DNA of 64,000 nt, taken from Eledone cirrhosa (taxonomy: Eukaryota). Both the position numbers and the translations under genes were made by a program. The stretch spans positions 283,526,001 to 283,590,000 of the forward strand of contig OZ024743.1 of the NCBI GenBank assembly GCA_964016885.1, read 5' to 3'. Below are positions 43,801 through 48,300 of this stretch, one piece after another (position 1 is the first letter of the stretch; each line of letters starts with the position of its first letter). The notes under the pieces are model-generated. The model was not told the DNA's origin. It made no database searches and saw only the letters and a program-made list of their open reading frames with translations.

Positions 43801-45143
43801 ACCAACAACATCAACAGTACCATCAACACCAACAACATCAACAGTACCACCAACACCAACAACATCAACAGTACCACCAACACCAACAACATCAACAGCA
43901 CCACCAACACCAACAACATCAACAGCACCACCAACACCAACAACATCAACAGTACCATCAACACCAACAACATCTACAGTACTACCAACACCAACAACAT
44001 CAACAGCACCACCAACACCAACAACATCAACAGCACCACCAACACCAACAACATCAATAGCACCAACAACACCAACAACATCAACAGCACCACCAACACC
44101 AACAACATCAACAGCACCACCAACACCAACAACATCAACAGCACCACCAACACCAACAACATCAACAGTACCACCAACACCAACAACATCAACAGCACCA
44201 CCAACACCAACAACATCAACAGCACCACCAACACCAACAACATCAACAGTACCATCAACACCAACAACATCAACAGTACTACCAACACCAACAACATCAA
44301 CAGCACCACCAACACCAACAACATCAACAGCACCACCAACACCAACAACATCAATAGCACCAACAACACCAACAACATCAACAGCACCACCAACACCAAC
44401 AACATCAACAGTACCACCAACACCAACAACATCAACAGCACCACCAACACCAACAACATCAACAGCACCACCAACACCAACAACATCAACAGTACCACCA
44501 ACACCAACAACATCAACAGTACCACCAACAAAAACAACATCAACAGTACCACCAACACCAACAACATCAACAGCACCACCAACACCAACAACATCAACAG
44601 TACCACCAACACCAACAACATCAACAGTACCACCAACAAAAACAACATCAACAGTACCATCAACACCAACAACATCAACAGCACCACCAACACCAACAAC
44701 ATCAACAGCACCACCAACACCAACAACATCAACAGTACCACCAACACCAACAACATCAACAGTACCACCAACACCAACAACATCAACAGCACCACCAACA
44801 CCAACAACATCAACAGTACCATCAACACCAACAACATCAACCGTACCACCAACACCAACAACATCAACAGTACTATCAACACCAACAACATCAACAGCAC
44901 CAGCAACAACATCAACAGCAACAGCACCACCAACACCAACAACATCAACAGCACCACCAACACCAACAACGTCAACAGTACCACCAACACCAACAACATC
45001 AACAGCACCACCAACACCAACAACATCAACAGTACCACCAACACCAACAACATCAACAGTACCACCAACACCAACAACATCAACAGCACCACCAACACCA
45101 ACAGCATCAATAGCACCAACAACACCAACAACATCAACAGTAC
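19890..45143 (+). repeat. 27-bp satellite, left arm (C/A-rich on +), ~930 units with higher-order duplications
   Basis: Unit ACATCAACAG[T/C]ACCACCAACACCAACA (24/27 A+C, nine NNA triplets). All length variants are multiples of 3. Confidence 0.97.
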
Positions 45144-45364
45144 TGTTGGTGGTGCTGTTGATGTTGTTGGTGTTGGTGGTACTGTTGATGTTGTTGGTGT
45201 TGGTGGTACTGTTGATGTTGTTGGTGTTAGTAGTACTGTTGATGTTGTTGGTGTTGGTGGTACTGTTGATGTTGTTGGTGTTGGTGGTACTGTTGATGTT
45301 GTTGGTGTTGGTGGTACTGTTGATGTTGTTGGTGTTGGTGGTGCTGTTGATGTTGTTGGTGTAG
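19979..45364 (+). CDS. Hypothetical mucin-like PTS repeat frame (TSTVPPTPT)n; coding status unsupported
   Basis: Frame open from 19742 with no stop or frameshift. No ATG, signal peptide, clear splice acceptor or non-repeat domain is visible, and it ends in the inverted arm. Confidence 0.15.
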   Translation: MTTSTAPPTPTTSTVPPTPTTSTVPPTPATSTAPQTPTTSTVPPTPTTSTVPPTPTTSTVPPTPTTSTVPPTPATSTVPSTPTTSQAPLTPTTSTAPPTPTTSTAPLTPTTSTAPPTPTTSTVPPTPTTSTVPLTPTTSTAPLTPATSTAPPTPKTSTAPLTPTTSTVPPTPTTSTVPLTPTTSTVPLTPTTSTVPPTQTTSTAPPTPTTSTVPLTPTTSTVPLTPTTSTVPPTQTTSTVPPTQTTSTAPQTPTTSTAPLTPTTSTVPPTPTTSTVPLTPTTSTVPLTPTTSTVPPTQTTSTAPPTPTTSTVPLTPTTSTVPLTPTTSTVPPTQTTSTVPPTQTTSTAPPTPTTSTVPLTPTTSTVPPTQTTSTAPPTPTTSTAPPTPTTSTAPPTPTTSTVPPTPTTSTAPLTPTTSTAPPTPTTSTVPPTPTTSTVPPTPTTSTVPPTPTTSTAPLTPTTSTVPPTPTTSTVPPTPTTSTVPPTPTTSTAPPTPRTSTAPLTPTTSTVQPTPTTSSAPPTPTTSTAPPTPTTSTVPPTPTTSTAPLTPTTSTVPPTPTTSTAPPTPTTSTAPPTPTTSTVPSTPTTSTAPPTPTTSTVPPTPTTSTAPPTPTTSTAPPTPTTSTVPSTPTTSTAPPTPTTSTVPPTPTTSTVPPTPTTSTVPSTPTTSTAPPTPTTSTVPPTPTTSTVPTTPTTSTVPSTPTTSTVPPTPTTSTVPPTPTTSTVPPTSTTSTVPPTPTTSTVPPTPTISAAVPTPTTSTVPPTPTTSTVPPTPKTSTVPPTPTTSTVPPTPTTSSAPPTPTTSTAPPTPTTSTAPLTPTTSTVPTTPTTSTAPTTPTTSTAPPTPTTSTVPPTSTTSTVPPTPTTSTVPPTPTISAAVPTPTTSTVPPTLTTSTVPSTPTTSTVPPTPTTSTAPPTPTTSTVPPTPTTSTAPLTPTTSTVPPTPTTSTAPPTPTTSTVPPTPTTSTAPLTPTTSTAPPTPTTSTVPPTPTTSTVPPTPTTSTVPPTLTTSTVPSTPTTSTVPPTPTTSTVPLTPTTSTVPPTPTTSTAPPTPTTSTVPPTPTTSTAPLTPTTSTVPSTPTTSTVPPTPTTSTVPLTPTTSTVPPTPTTSTAPPTPTTSTAPLTPTTSTVPPTPTTSTVPTTPTTSTVPPTPTTSTVPTTPTTSTVPPTPTTSTVPTTPTTSTVPTTPTTSTAPPTPTTSTVAPTPTTSTVPTTPTTSTVPPTPTTSTAPPTPTTSTVAPTPTTSTAPPTPTTSTVAPTPTTSTVPTTPTTSTVPSTPTTSTVPPTPTTSTAPPTPTTSTVAPTPTTSTVPPTPTTSTVPTTSTAQPTPTTSTVPTTPTTSTAPVPPTPTTSTSRVPPSTPTSTAPPTPTTSTVPPTPTTPTAPPTPTTSTAPPTPTTSTAPPTPTTSTVPPTPTTSTAPLTPTTSTAPPTPTTSTVPPTPTTSTVPPTPTTSTVPPTPTTSTAPLTPTTSTVPPTPTTSTVPPTPTTSTVPPTPTTSTAPPTPRTSTAPLTPTTSTVQPTPTTSSAPPTPTTSTAPPTPTTSTVPPTPTTSTAPLTPTTSTVPPTPTTSTAPPTPTTSTAPPTPTTSTVPSTPTTSTAPPTPTTSTVPPTPTTSTAPPTPTTSTAPPTPTTSTVPSTPTTSTAPPTPTTSTVPPTPTTSTVPPTPTTSTVPSTPTTSTAPPTPTTSTVPPTPTTSTVPTTPTTSTVPSTPTTSTVPPTPTTSTVPPTPTPTTAPLTPTTSTVPPTPTTSTVPPTPKTSTVPPTPTTSTVPPTPTTSSAPPTPTTSTAPPTPTTSTAPLTPTTSTVPTTPTTSTAPTTPTTSTAPPTPTTSTVPPTSTTSTVPPTPTTSTVPPTPTISAAVPTPTTSTVPPTLTTSTVPSTPTTSTVPPTPTTSTAPPTPTTSTVPPTPTTSTAPLTPTTSTVPPTPTTSTAPPTPTTSTVPPTPTTSTAPLTPTTSTAPPTPTTSTVPPTPTTSTVPPTPTTSTVPPTLTTSTVPSTPTTSTVPPTPTTSTVPLTPTTSTVPPTPTTSTAPPTPTTSTVPPTPTTSTAPLTPTTSTVPSTPTTSTVPPTPTTSTVPLTPTTSTVPPTPTTSTAPPTPTTSTAPLTPTTSTVPPTPTTSTVPTTPTTSTVPPTPTTSTVPTTPTTSTVPPTPTTSTVPTTPTTSTVPTTPTTSTAPPTPTTSTVAPTPTTSTVPTTPTTSTVPPTPTTSTAPPTPTTSTVAPTPTTSTAPPTPTTSTVAPTPTTSTVPTTPTTSTVPSTPTTSTVPPTPTTSTAPPTPTTSTVAPTPTTSTVPPTPTTSTVPTTSTAQPTPTTSTVPTTPTTSTAPVPPTPTTSTSRVPPSTPTSTAPPTPTTSTVPPTTSASTVPPTPTTSTVPSTPTTSTVPPTPTTSTVPPTPTTSTVPSTPTTSTVPTTPTTSTAPVPPTPTTSTSTVPPTPTTSTVPSTPTTSTVPPTPTTSTVPSTPTTSTVPTTPTTSTGPSTPTTSTAPTTSTVPPTPTTSTVPSTPTTSTVPSTPTTSTVPPTPTTSTVPSTPTTSTVPTTPTTSTVPSTPTTSTAPPTPTTSTEPTTPTTSTGPSTPTTSTVPTTPTTSTAPPTPTTSTGPTTPTTSTAPPTPTTSTVPSTPTTSTVPPTPTTSTVPPTPTTSTVPPTPTTSTVPSTPTTSTVPPTPTTSTVPPTPTTSTAPPTPTTSTEPTTPTTSTGPSTPTTSTVPPTPTTSTVPPTLTTSTEPTTLTTSTTPPTPTTSTAPTTPTTSTAPPTPTTSTVPPISTTSTVPRTPTTSTVPPTPTTSTVPPTPTTSAAVPTPTTSTVPPTPTTSTVPSTPTTSTVPPTPTTSTAPPTPTTSTVPPTPTTSTAPPTPTTSTVPPTPTTSTAPLTPTTATVPPTPTTSTVPPTPTTSTAPPTPTTSTVPPTPTTSTAPLTPTTSTVPPTPTTSTAPPTPTTSTAPPTPTTSTVPPTPTTSTTPPTPTTSTVPPTPTTSTVPTTPTTSTVPPTPTTSTVPTTPTTSTVPTTPTTSTAPPTPTTSTVAPTPTTSTVPTTPTTSTVPPTPTTSTAPPTPTTSTVAPTPTTSTAPPTPTTSTVAPTPTTSTAPPTPTTSTAPPTPTTSTAPPTPTTSTVPSTPTTSTVPPTPTTSTVPPTPTTSTVPPTPTTSTVPSTPTTSTVPPTPTTSTVPPTPTTSTAPPTPTTSTEPTTPTTSTGPSTPTTSTVPPTPTTSTVPPTLTTSTEPTTPTTSTAPPTPTTSTAPTTPTTSTAPPTPTTSTVPPTSTTSTVPRTPTTSTVPPTPTTSTVPPTPTTSAAVPTPTTSTVPPTPTTSTVPSTPTTSTVPPTPTTSTAPPTPTTSTVPPTPTTSTAPPTPTTSTVPPTPTTATVPPTPTTSTAPPTPTTSTTPPTPTTSTVPPTPTTSTVPTTPTTSTVPPTPTTSTVPTTPTTSTVPSTPTTSTVPPTPTTSTAPPTPTTSTVPPTPTTSTAPLTPTTSTVPPTPTTSTAPPTPTTSTAPPTPTTSTVPPTPTTSTTPPTPTTSTVPPTPTTSTVPTTPTTSTVPPTPTTSTVPTTPTTSTVPTTPTTSTAPPTPTTSTVAPTPTTSTVPTTPTTSTVPPTPTTSTAPPTPTTSTVAPTPTTSTAPPTPTTSTVPPTPTTSSAPPTPTTSTAPPTPTTSTAPLTPTTSTVPTTPTTSTAPTTPTTSTAPPTPTTSTVPPTSTTSTVPSTPTTSTVPSTPTTSTVPPTPTTSTVPPTPTPTTAPLTPTTSTVPPTPTTSTVPPTPKTSTVPPTPTTSTVPPTPTTSSAPPTPTTSTAPPTPTTSTAPLTPTTSTVPTTPTTSTAPTTPTTSTAPPTPTTSTVPPTSTTSTVPPTPTTSTVPPTPTISAAVPTPTTSTVPPTLTTSTVPSTPTTSTVPPTPTTSTAPPTPTTSTVPPTPTTSTAPLTPTTSTVPPTPTTSTAPPTPTTSTVPPTPTTSTAPLTPTTSTAPPTPTTSTVPPTPTTSTVPPTPTTSTVPPTLTTSTVPSTPTTSTVPPTPTTSTVPLTPTTSTVPPTPTTSTAPPTPTTSTVPPTPTTSTAPLTPTTSTVPSTPTTSTVPPTPTTSTVPLTPTTSTVPPTPTTSTAPPTPTTSTAPLTPTTSTVPPTPTTSTVPTTPTTSTVPPTPTTSTVPTTPTTSTVPPTPTTSTVPTTPTTSTVPTTPTTSTAPPTPTTSTVAPTPTTSTVPTTPTTSTVPPTPTTSTAPPTPTTSTVAPTPTTSTAPPTPTTSTVAPTPTTSTVPTTPTTSTVPSTPTTSTVPPTPTTSTAPPTPTTSTVAPTPTTSTVPPTPTTSTVPTTSTAQPTPTTSTVPTTPTTSTAPVPPTPTTSTSRVPPSTPTSTAPPTPTTSTVPPTTSASTVPPTPTTSTVPSTPTTSTVPPTPTTSTVPPTPTTSTVPSTPTTSTVPTTPTTSTAPVPPTPTTSTSTVPPTPTTSTVPSTPTTSTVPPTPTTSTVPSTPTTSTVPTTPTTSTGPSTPTTSTAPTTSTVPPTPTTSTVPSTPTTSTVPSTPTTSTVPPTPTTSTVPSTPTTSTVPTTPTTSTVPSTPTTSTAPPTPTTSTEPTTPTTSTGPSTPTTSTVPTTPTTSTAPPTPTTSTGPTTPTTSTAPPTPTTSTVPSTPTTSTVPPTPTTSTVPPTPTTSTVPPTPTTSTVPSTPTTSTVPPTPTTSTVPPTPTTSTAPPTPTTSTEPTTPTTSTGPSTPTTSTVPPTPTTSTVPPTLTTSTEPTTLTTSTTPPTPTTSTAPTTPTTSTAPPTPTTSTVPPISTTSTVPRTPTTSTVPPTPTTSTVPPTPTTSAAVPTPTTSTVPPTPTTSTVPSTPTTSTVPPTPTTSTAPPTPTTSTVPPTPTTSTAPPTPTTSTVPPTPTTSTAPLTPTTATVPPTPTTSTVPPTPTTSTAPPTPTTSTVPPTPTTSTAPLTPTTSTVPPTPTTSTAPPTPTTSTAPPTPTTSTVPPTPTTSTTPPTPTTSTVPPTPTTSTVPTTPTTSTVPPTPTTSTVPTTPTTSTVPTTPTTSTAPPTPTTSTVAPTPTTSTVPTTPTTSTVPPTPTTSTAPPTPTTSTVAPTPTTSTAPPTPTTSTVAPTPTTSTAPPTPTTSTAPPTPTTSTAPPTPTTSTVPSTPTTSTVPPTPTTSTVPPTPTTSTVPPTPTTSTVPSTPTTSTVPPTPTTSTVPPTPTTSTAPPTPTTSTEPTTPTTSTGPSTPTTSTVPPTPTTSTVPPTLTTSTEPTTPTTSTAPPTPTTSTAPTTPTTSTAPPTPTTSTVPPTSTTSTVPRTPTTSTVPPTPTTSTVPPTPTTSAAVPTPTTSTVPPTPTTSTVPSTPTTSTVPPTPTTSTAPPTPTTSTVPPTPTTSTAPPTPTTSTVPPTPTTATVPPTPTTSTAPPTPTTSTTPPTPTTSTVPPTPTTSTVPTTPTTSTVPPTPTTSTVPTTPTTSTVPSTPTTSTVPPTPTTSTAPPTPTTSTVPPTPTTSTAPLTPTTSTVPPTPTTSTAPPTPTTSTAPPTPTTSTVPPTPTTSTTPPTPTTSTVPPTPTTSTVPTTPTTSTVPPTPTTSTVPTTPTTSTVPTTPTTSTAPPTPTTSTVAPTPTTSTVPTTPTTSTVPPTPTTSTAPPTPTTSTVAPTPTTSTAPPTPTTSTVAPTPTTSTAPPTPTTSTAPPTPTTSTAPPTPTTSTVPSTPTTSTVPPTPTTSTVPPTPTTSTVPPTPTTSTVPSTPTTSTVPPTPTTSTVPPTPTTSTAPPTPTTSTEPTTPTTSTGPSTPTTSTVPPTPTTSTVPPTLTTSTEPTTPTTSTAPPTPTTSTAPTTPTTSTAPPTPTTSTVPPTSTTSTVPRTPTTSTVPPTPTTSTVPPTPTTSAAVPTPTTSTVPPTPTTSTVPSTPTTSTVPPTPTTSTAPPTPTTSTVPPTPTTSTAPPTPTTSTVPPTPTTATVPPTPTTSAAPPTPTTSTTPPTPTTSTVPPTPTTSTVPTTPTTSTVPPTPTTSTVPTTPTTSTVPSTPTTSTVPPTPTTSTAPPTPTTSTVPPTPTTATVPPTPTTSTAPPTPTTSTTPPTPTTSTVPPTPTTSTVPTTPTTSTVPPTPTTSTVPTTPTTSTVPSTPTTSTVPPTPTTSTAPTTPTTSTAPTTPTTSTAPPTPTTSTVAPTPTTSTVPTTPTTSTVPPTPTTSTAPPTPTTSTVAPTPTTSTAPPTPTTSTVAPTPTTSTVPPTPTTSTVPTTPTTSTVPSTPTTSTVPPTPTTSTAPPTPTTSTVAPTPTTSTVPPTPTTSTVPPTPTTSTVPPTPTTSTVPTTSTAQPTPTTSTVPSTPTTSTVPTTPTTSTAPVPPTPTTSTSTVPPTPTTSTVPSTPTTSTVPPTPTTSTVPPTPTTSTVPSTPTTSTVPTTPTTSTAQPTPTTSTVPSTPTTSTVPPTPTTSTVPSTPTTSTVPTTPTTSTVPSTPTTSTVPTTPTTSTVPSTPTTSTAPPTPTTSTEPTTPTTSTTPPTPTTSTVPSTPTTSTVPPTPTTSTVPPTPTTSTVPPTPTTSTVPSTPTTSTVPPTPTTSTVPPTPTTSTAPPTPTTSTEPTTPTTSTGPSTPTTSTAPPTPTTSTVPPTPTTSTAPPTPTTSTAPPTPTTSTVPPTPTTSTAPPTPTTSTAPPTPTTSTAPPTPTTSTVPSTPTTSPLTPTTSTVPPTPTTSTVPPTPTTSTVPPTPTTSTVPPTPTTSTAPPTPTTSTAPPTPTTSTAPPTPTTSTVPPTPTTSTAPPTPTTSTAPPTPTTSTAPPTPTTSTVPSTPTTSTGPSTPTTSTVPPTPTTSTAPPTPTTSTEPTTPTTSTGPSTPTTSTVPPTPTTAPLTPTTSTVPPTPTTSTVPPTPTTSTEPTTPTTSTAPPTPTTSTVPPTPTTSTGPSTPTTSTVPPTPTTSTVPPTPTTSTAPPTPTTSTAPPTPTTSTVPLTPTTSTVPSTPTTSTAPPKPTTSTVLTTPTTSTAPPTPTTSTVPSTPTTSTVPSTPTTSTVPPTPTTSTVPPTPTTSTAPPTPTTSTTPPTPTTSTVPPTPTTSTVPTTPTTSTVPPTPTTSTVPTTPTTSTVPSTPTTSTVPPTPTTSTAPTTPTTSTAPTTPTTSTAPPTPTTSTVAPTPTTSTVPTTPTTSTVPPTPTTSTAPPTPTTSTVAPTPTTSTAPPTPTTSTVAPTPTTSTVPPTPTTSTVPTTPTTSTVPSTPTTSTVPPTPTTSTAPPTPTTSTVAPTPTTSTVPPTPTTSTVPPTPTTSTVPTTSTAQPTPTTSTVPSTPTTSTVPTTPTTSTAPVPPTPTTSTSTVPPTPTTSTVPSTPTTSTVPPTPTTSTVPPTPTTSTVPSTPTTSTVPTTPTTSTAQPTPTTSTVPSTPTTSTVPTTPTTSTAPVPPTPTTSTSTVPPTPTTSTVPSTPTTSTVPPTPTTSTVPSTPTTSTVPTTPTTSTVPSTPTTSTVPTTPTTSTVPSTPTTSTAPPTPTTSTEPTTPTTSTAPPTPTTSTVPSTPTTSTVPPTPTTSTVPPTPTTSTVPPTPTTSTVPSTPTTSTVPPTPTTSTVPPTPTTSTAPPTPTTSTEPTTPTTSTGPSTPTTSTAPPTPTTSTVPPTPTTSTAPPTPTTSTAPPTPTTSTVPPTPTTSTAPPTPTTSTAPPTPTTSTAPPTPTTSTVPSTPTTAPLTPTTSTVPPTPTTSTVPPTPTTSTVPPTPTTSTVPPTPTTSTAPPTPTTSTAPPTPTTSTAPPTPTTSTVPPTPTTSTAPPTPTTSTAPPTPTTSTAPPTPTTSTVPSTPTTSTGPSTPTTSTVPPTPTTSTAPPTPTTSTEPTTPTTSTGPSTPTTSTVPPTPTTAPLTPTTSTVPPTPTTSTVPPTPTTSTEPTTPTTSTAPPTPTTSTVPPTPTTSTGPSTPTTSTVPPTPTTSTVPPTPTTSTAPPTPTTSTAPPTPTTSTVPLTPTTSTVPSTPTTSTAPPKPTTSTVLTTPKTSTAPPTPTTSTVPSTPTTSTVPSTPTTSTVPPTPTTSTVPPTPTTSTAPPTPTTSTAPPTPTTSTVPSTPTTSTVLPTPTTSTAPPTPTTSTAPPTPTTSIAPTTPTTSTAPPTPTTSTAPPTPTTSTAPPTPTTSTVPPTPTTSTAPPTPTTSTAPPTPTTSTVPSTPTTSTVLPTPTTSTAPPTPTTSTAPPTPTTSIAPTTPTTSTAPPTPTTSTVPPTPTTSTAPPTPTTSTAPPTPTTSTVPPTPTTSTVPPTKTTSTVPPTPTTSTAPPTPTTSTVPPTPTTSTVPPTKTTSTVPSTPTTSTAPPTPTTSTAPPTPTTSTVPPTPTTSTVPPTPTTSTAPPTPTTSTVPSTPTTSTVPPTPTTSTVLSTPTTSTAPATTSTATAPPTPTTSTAPPTPTTSTVPPTPTTSTAPPTPTTSTVPPTPTTSTVPPTPTTSTAPPTPTASIAPTTPTTSTVLLVVLLMLLVLVVLLMLLVLVVLLMLLVLVVLLMLLVLVVLLMLLVLVVLLMLLVLVVLLMLLVLVVLLMLLV

Positions 45365-48300
45365 GTGGTACTGTTGATGTTGTTGGTGTTGATGGTACTG
45401 TTGATGTTGTTGGTGTTGTTGGTACTGTTGATGTTGTTGGTGTTGGTGGTACTGTTGATGTTGTTGGTGTTGGTGGTACTGTTGATGTTGTTGGTGTTGG
45501 TGGTGCTGTTGATGTTGTTGGTGTTGGTGGTGCTGTTGATGTTGTTGGTGTTGGTGGTACTGTTGATGTTGTTGGTGTAGGTGGTACTGTTGATGTTGTT
45601 GGTGTTGATGGTACTGTTGATGTTGTTGGTGTTGGTGGTACTGTTGATGTTGTTGGTGTTGGTGGTGCTGTTGATGTTGTTGGTGTTGGTGGTACTGTTG
45701 ATGTTGTTGGTGTTGGTGGTGCTGTTGATGTTGTTGGTGTTGGTGGTACTGTTGATGTTGTTGGTGTTGGTGGTACTGTTGATGTTGTTGGTGTTGGTGG
45801 TGCTGTTGATGTTGTTGGTGTTGGTGGTGCTGTTGATGTTGTTGGTGTAGGTGGTACTGTTGATATTGTTGGTGTTGATGGTACTGTTGATGTTGTTGGT
45901 GTTGATGGTACTGTTGATGTTGTTGGTGTTGGTGGTACTGTTGATGTTGTTGGTGTTAGTGGTACTGTTGATGTTGTTGGTGTTGGTGGTACTGTTGATG
46001 TTGTTGGTGTTGGTGGTGCTGTTGATGTTGTTGGTGTAGGTGGTACTGTTGATATTGTTGGTGTTGATGGTACTGTTGATGTTGTTGGTGTTGATGGTAC
46101 TGTTGATGTTGTTGGTGTTGGTGGTACTGTTGATGTTGTTGGTGTTGGTGGTGCTGTTGATGTTGTTGGTGTAGGTGGTACTGTTGATGTTGTTGGTGTT
46201 GATGGTACTGTTGATGTTGTTGGTGTTGATGGTACTGTTGATGTTGTTGGTGTTGATGGTACTGTTGATGTTGTTGGTGTTGGTGGTACTGTTGATGTTG
46301 TTGGTGTTGATGGTACTGTTGATGTTGTTGGTGTTGGTGGTACTGTTGATGTTGTTGGTGTTGATGGTACTGTTGATGTTGTTGGTGTTGGTGGTACTGT
46401 TGATGTTGTTGGTGTTGGTGGTACTGTTGATGTTGTTGGTGTTGGTGGTGCTGTTGATGTTGTTGGTGTTGGTGGTACTGTTGATGTTGTTGGTGTTAGT
46501 GGTACTGTTGATGTTGTTGGTGTTGGTGGTGCTGTTGATGTTGTTGGTGTTGGTGGTACTGTTGATGTTGTTGGTGTTGGTGGTACTGTTGATGTTGTTG
46601 GTGTTGGTGGTGCTGTTGATGTTGTTGGTGTAGGTGGTACTGTTGATGTTGTTGGTGTTGATGGTACTGTTGATGTTGTTGGTGTTGGTGGTACTGTTGA
46701 TGATGTTGGTGTTGGTGGTGCTGTTGATGTTGTTGGTGTTGTTGGTACTGTTGATGTTGTTGGTGTTGGTGGTGCTGTTGATTTTGTTGGTGTTGTTGGT
46801 ACTGTTGATGTTGTTGGTGTTGATGGTACTGTTGATTTTGTTGGTGTTGATGGTACTGTTGGTGTTGTTGGTGTTGGTGGTACTGTTGATGTTGTTGGTG
46901 TTGATGGTACTGTTGGTGTTGTTGGTGTTGGTGGTACTGTTGATTTTGTTGGTGTTGTTGGTACTGTTGATGTTGTTGGTGTTGATGGTACTGTTGATGT
47001 TGTTGGTGTTGATGGTACTGTTGGTGTTGTTGGTGTTGGTGGTGCTGTTGATGTTGTTGGTGTTGTTGGTACTGTTGATGTTGTTGGTGTTGGTGGTGCT
47101 GTTGATTTTGTTGGTGTTGTTGGTACTGTTGATGTTGTTGGTGTTGATGGTACTGTTGATGTTGTTGGTGTTGATGGTACTGTTGGTGTTGTTGGTGTTG
47201 GTGGTACTGTTGATGTTGTTGGTGTTGTTGGTACTGTTGATGTTGTTGGTGTTGATGGTACTGTTGATGTTGTTGGTGTTGATGGTACTGTTGGTGTTGT
47301 TGGTGTTGGTGGTACTGTTGATTTTGTTGGTGTTGTTGGTACTGTTGATGTTGTTGGTTTTGATGGTACTGTTGATGTTGTTGGTGTTGATGGTACTGTT
47401 GGTGTTGTTGGTGTTGGTGGTGCTGTTGATGTTGTTGGTGTTGTTGGTACTGTTAATGTTGTTGGTGTTGGTGGTGCTGTTGATTTTGTTGGTGTTGTTG
47501 GTACTGTTGATGTTGTTGGTGTTGATGGTACTGTTGATGTTCTTGGTGTTGGTGGTGCTGTTGATGTTGTTGGTGTTGGTGGTACTGTTGATGTTGTTGG
47601 TGTTGATGGTGCTGTTGATGTTGTTGGTGTTGGTGGTACTGTTGATGTTGTTGGTTTGTTGGTACTGTTGATGTTGTTGGTGTTGATGGTACTGTTGATG
47701 TTGTTGGTGTTGATGGTACTGTTGGTGTTGTTGGTGTTGGTGGTACTGTTGATTTTGTTGGTGTTGTTGGTACTGTTGATGTTGTTGGTGTTGATGGTAC
47801 TGTTGATGTTGTTGGTGTTGATGGTACTGTTGGTGTTGTTGGTGTTGGTGGTACTGTTGATTTTGTTGGTGTTGGTGGTGCTGTTGGTGTTGTTGGTGTT
47901 GGTGGTACTGTTGATGTTGTTGGTGTTGGTGGTGCTGTTGGTGTTGTTGGTGTTGGTGGTACTGTTGATGTTGTTGGTGTTGTTGGTACTGTTGATGTTG
48001 TTGGTGTAGGTGGTACTGTTGATGTTGTTGGTGTTGGTGGTGCTGTTGATGTTGTTGGTGTTGGTGGTGCTGTTGGTGTTGTTGGTGTTGGTGGTACTGT
48101 TGATGTTGTTGGTGTTGTTGGTACTGTTGATGTTGTTGGTGTAGGTGGTACTGTTGATGTTGTTGGTGTTGGTGGTGCTGTTGATGTTGTTGGTGTTGGT
48201 GGTACTGTTGATGTTGTTGGTGTTGATGGTACTGTTGATGTTCTTGGTGTTGGTGGTACTGTTGATGTTGTTGGTGTTGGTGGTGCTGTTGATGTTGTTG

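Noticed and set aside
19788-43973. 8061-aa Leu/Val/Met ORF, and similar poly-LV, VVGVGG and NSTT ORFs across 44-62 kb
   Set aside because: The consensus unit is stop-free in five of six frames, so these are by-products of the satellite and not plausible proteins.
45100-45200. Telomere-telomere fusion site
   Set aside because: Fusions place the G-rich strand running towards the junction, and here it runs away from it. The unit is not TTAGGG/TTAGG-like, and kb-scale duplicated variant blocks indicate recombination, not telomerase synthesis.
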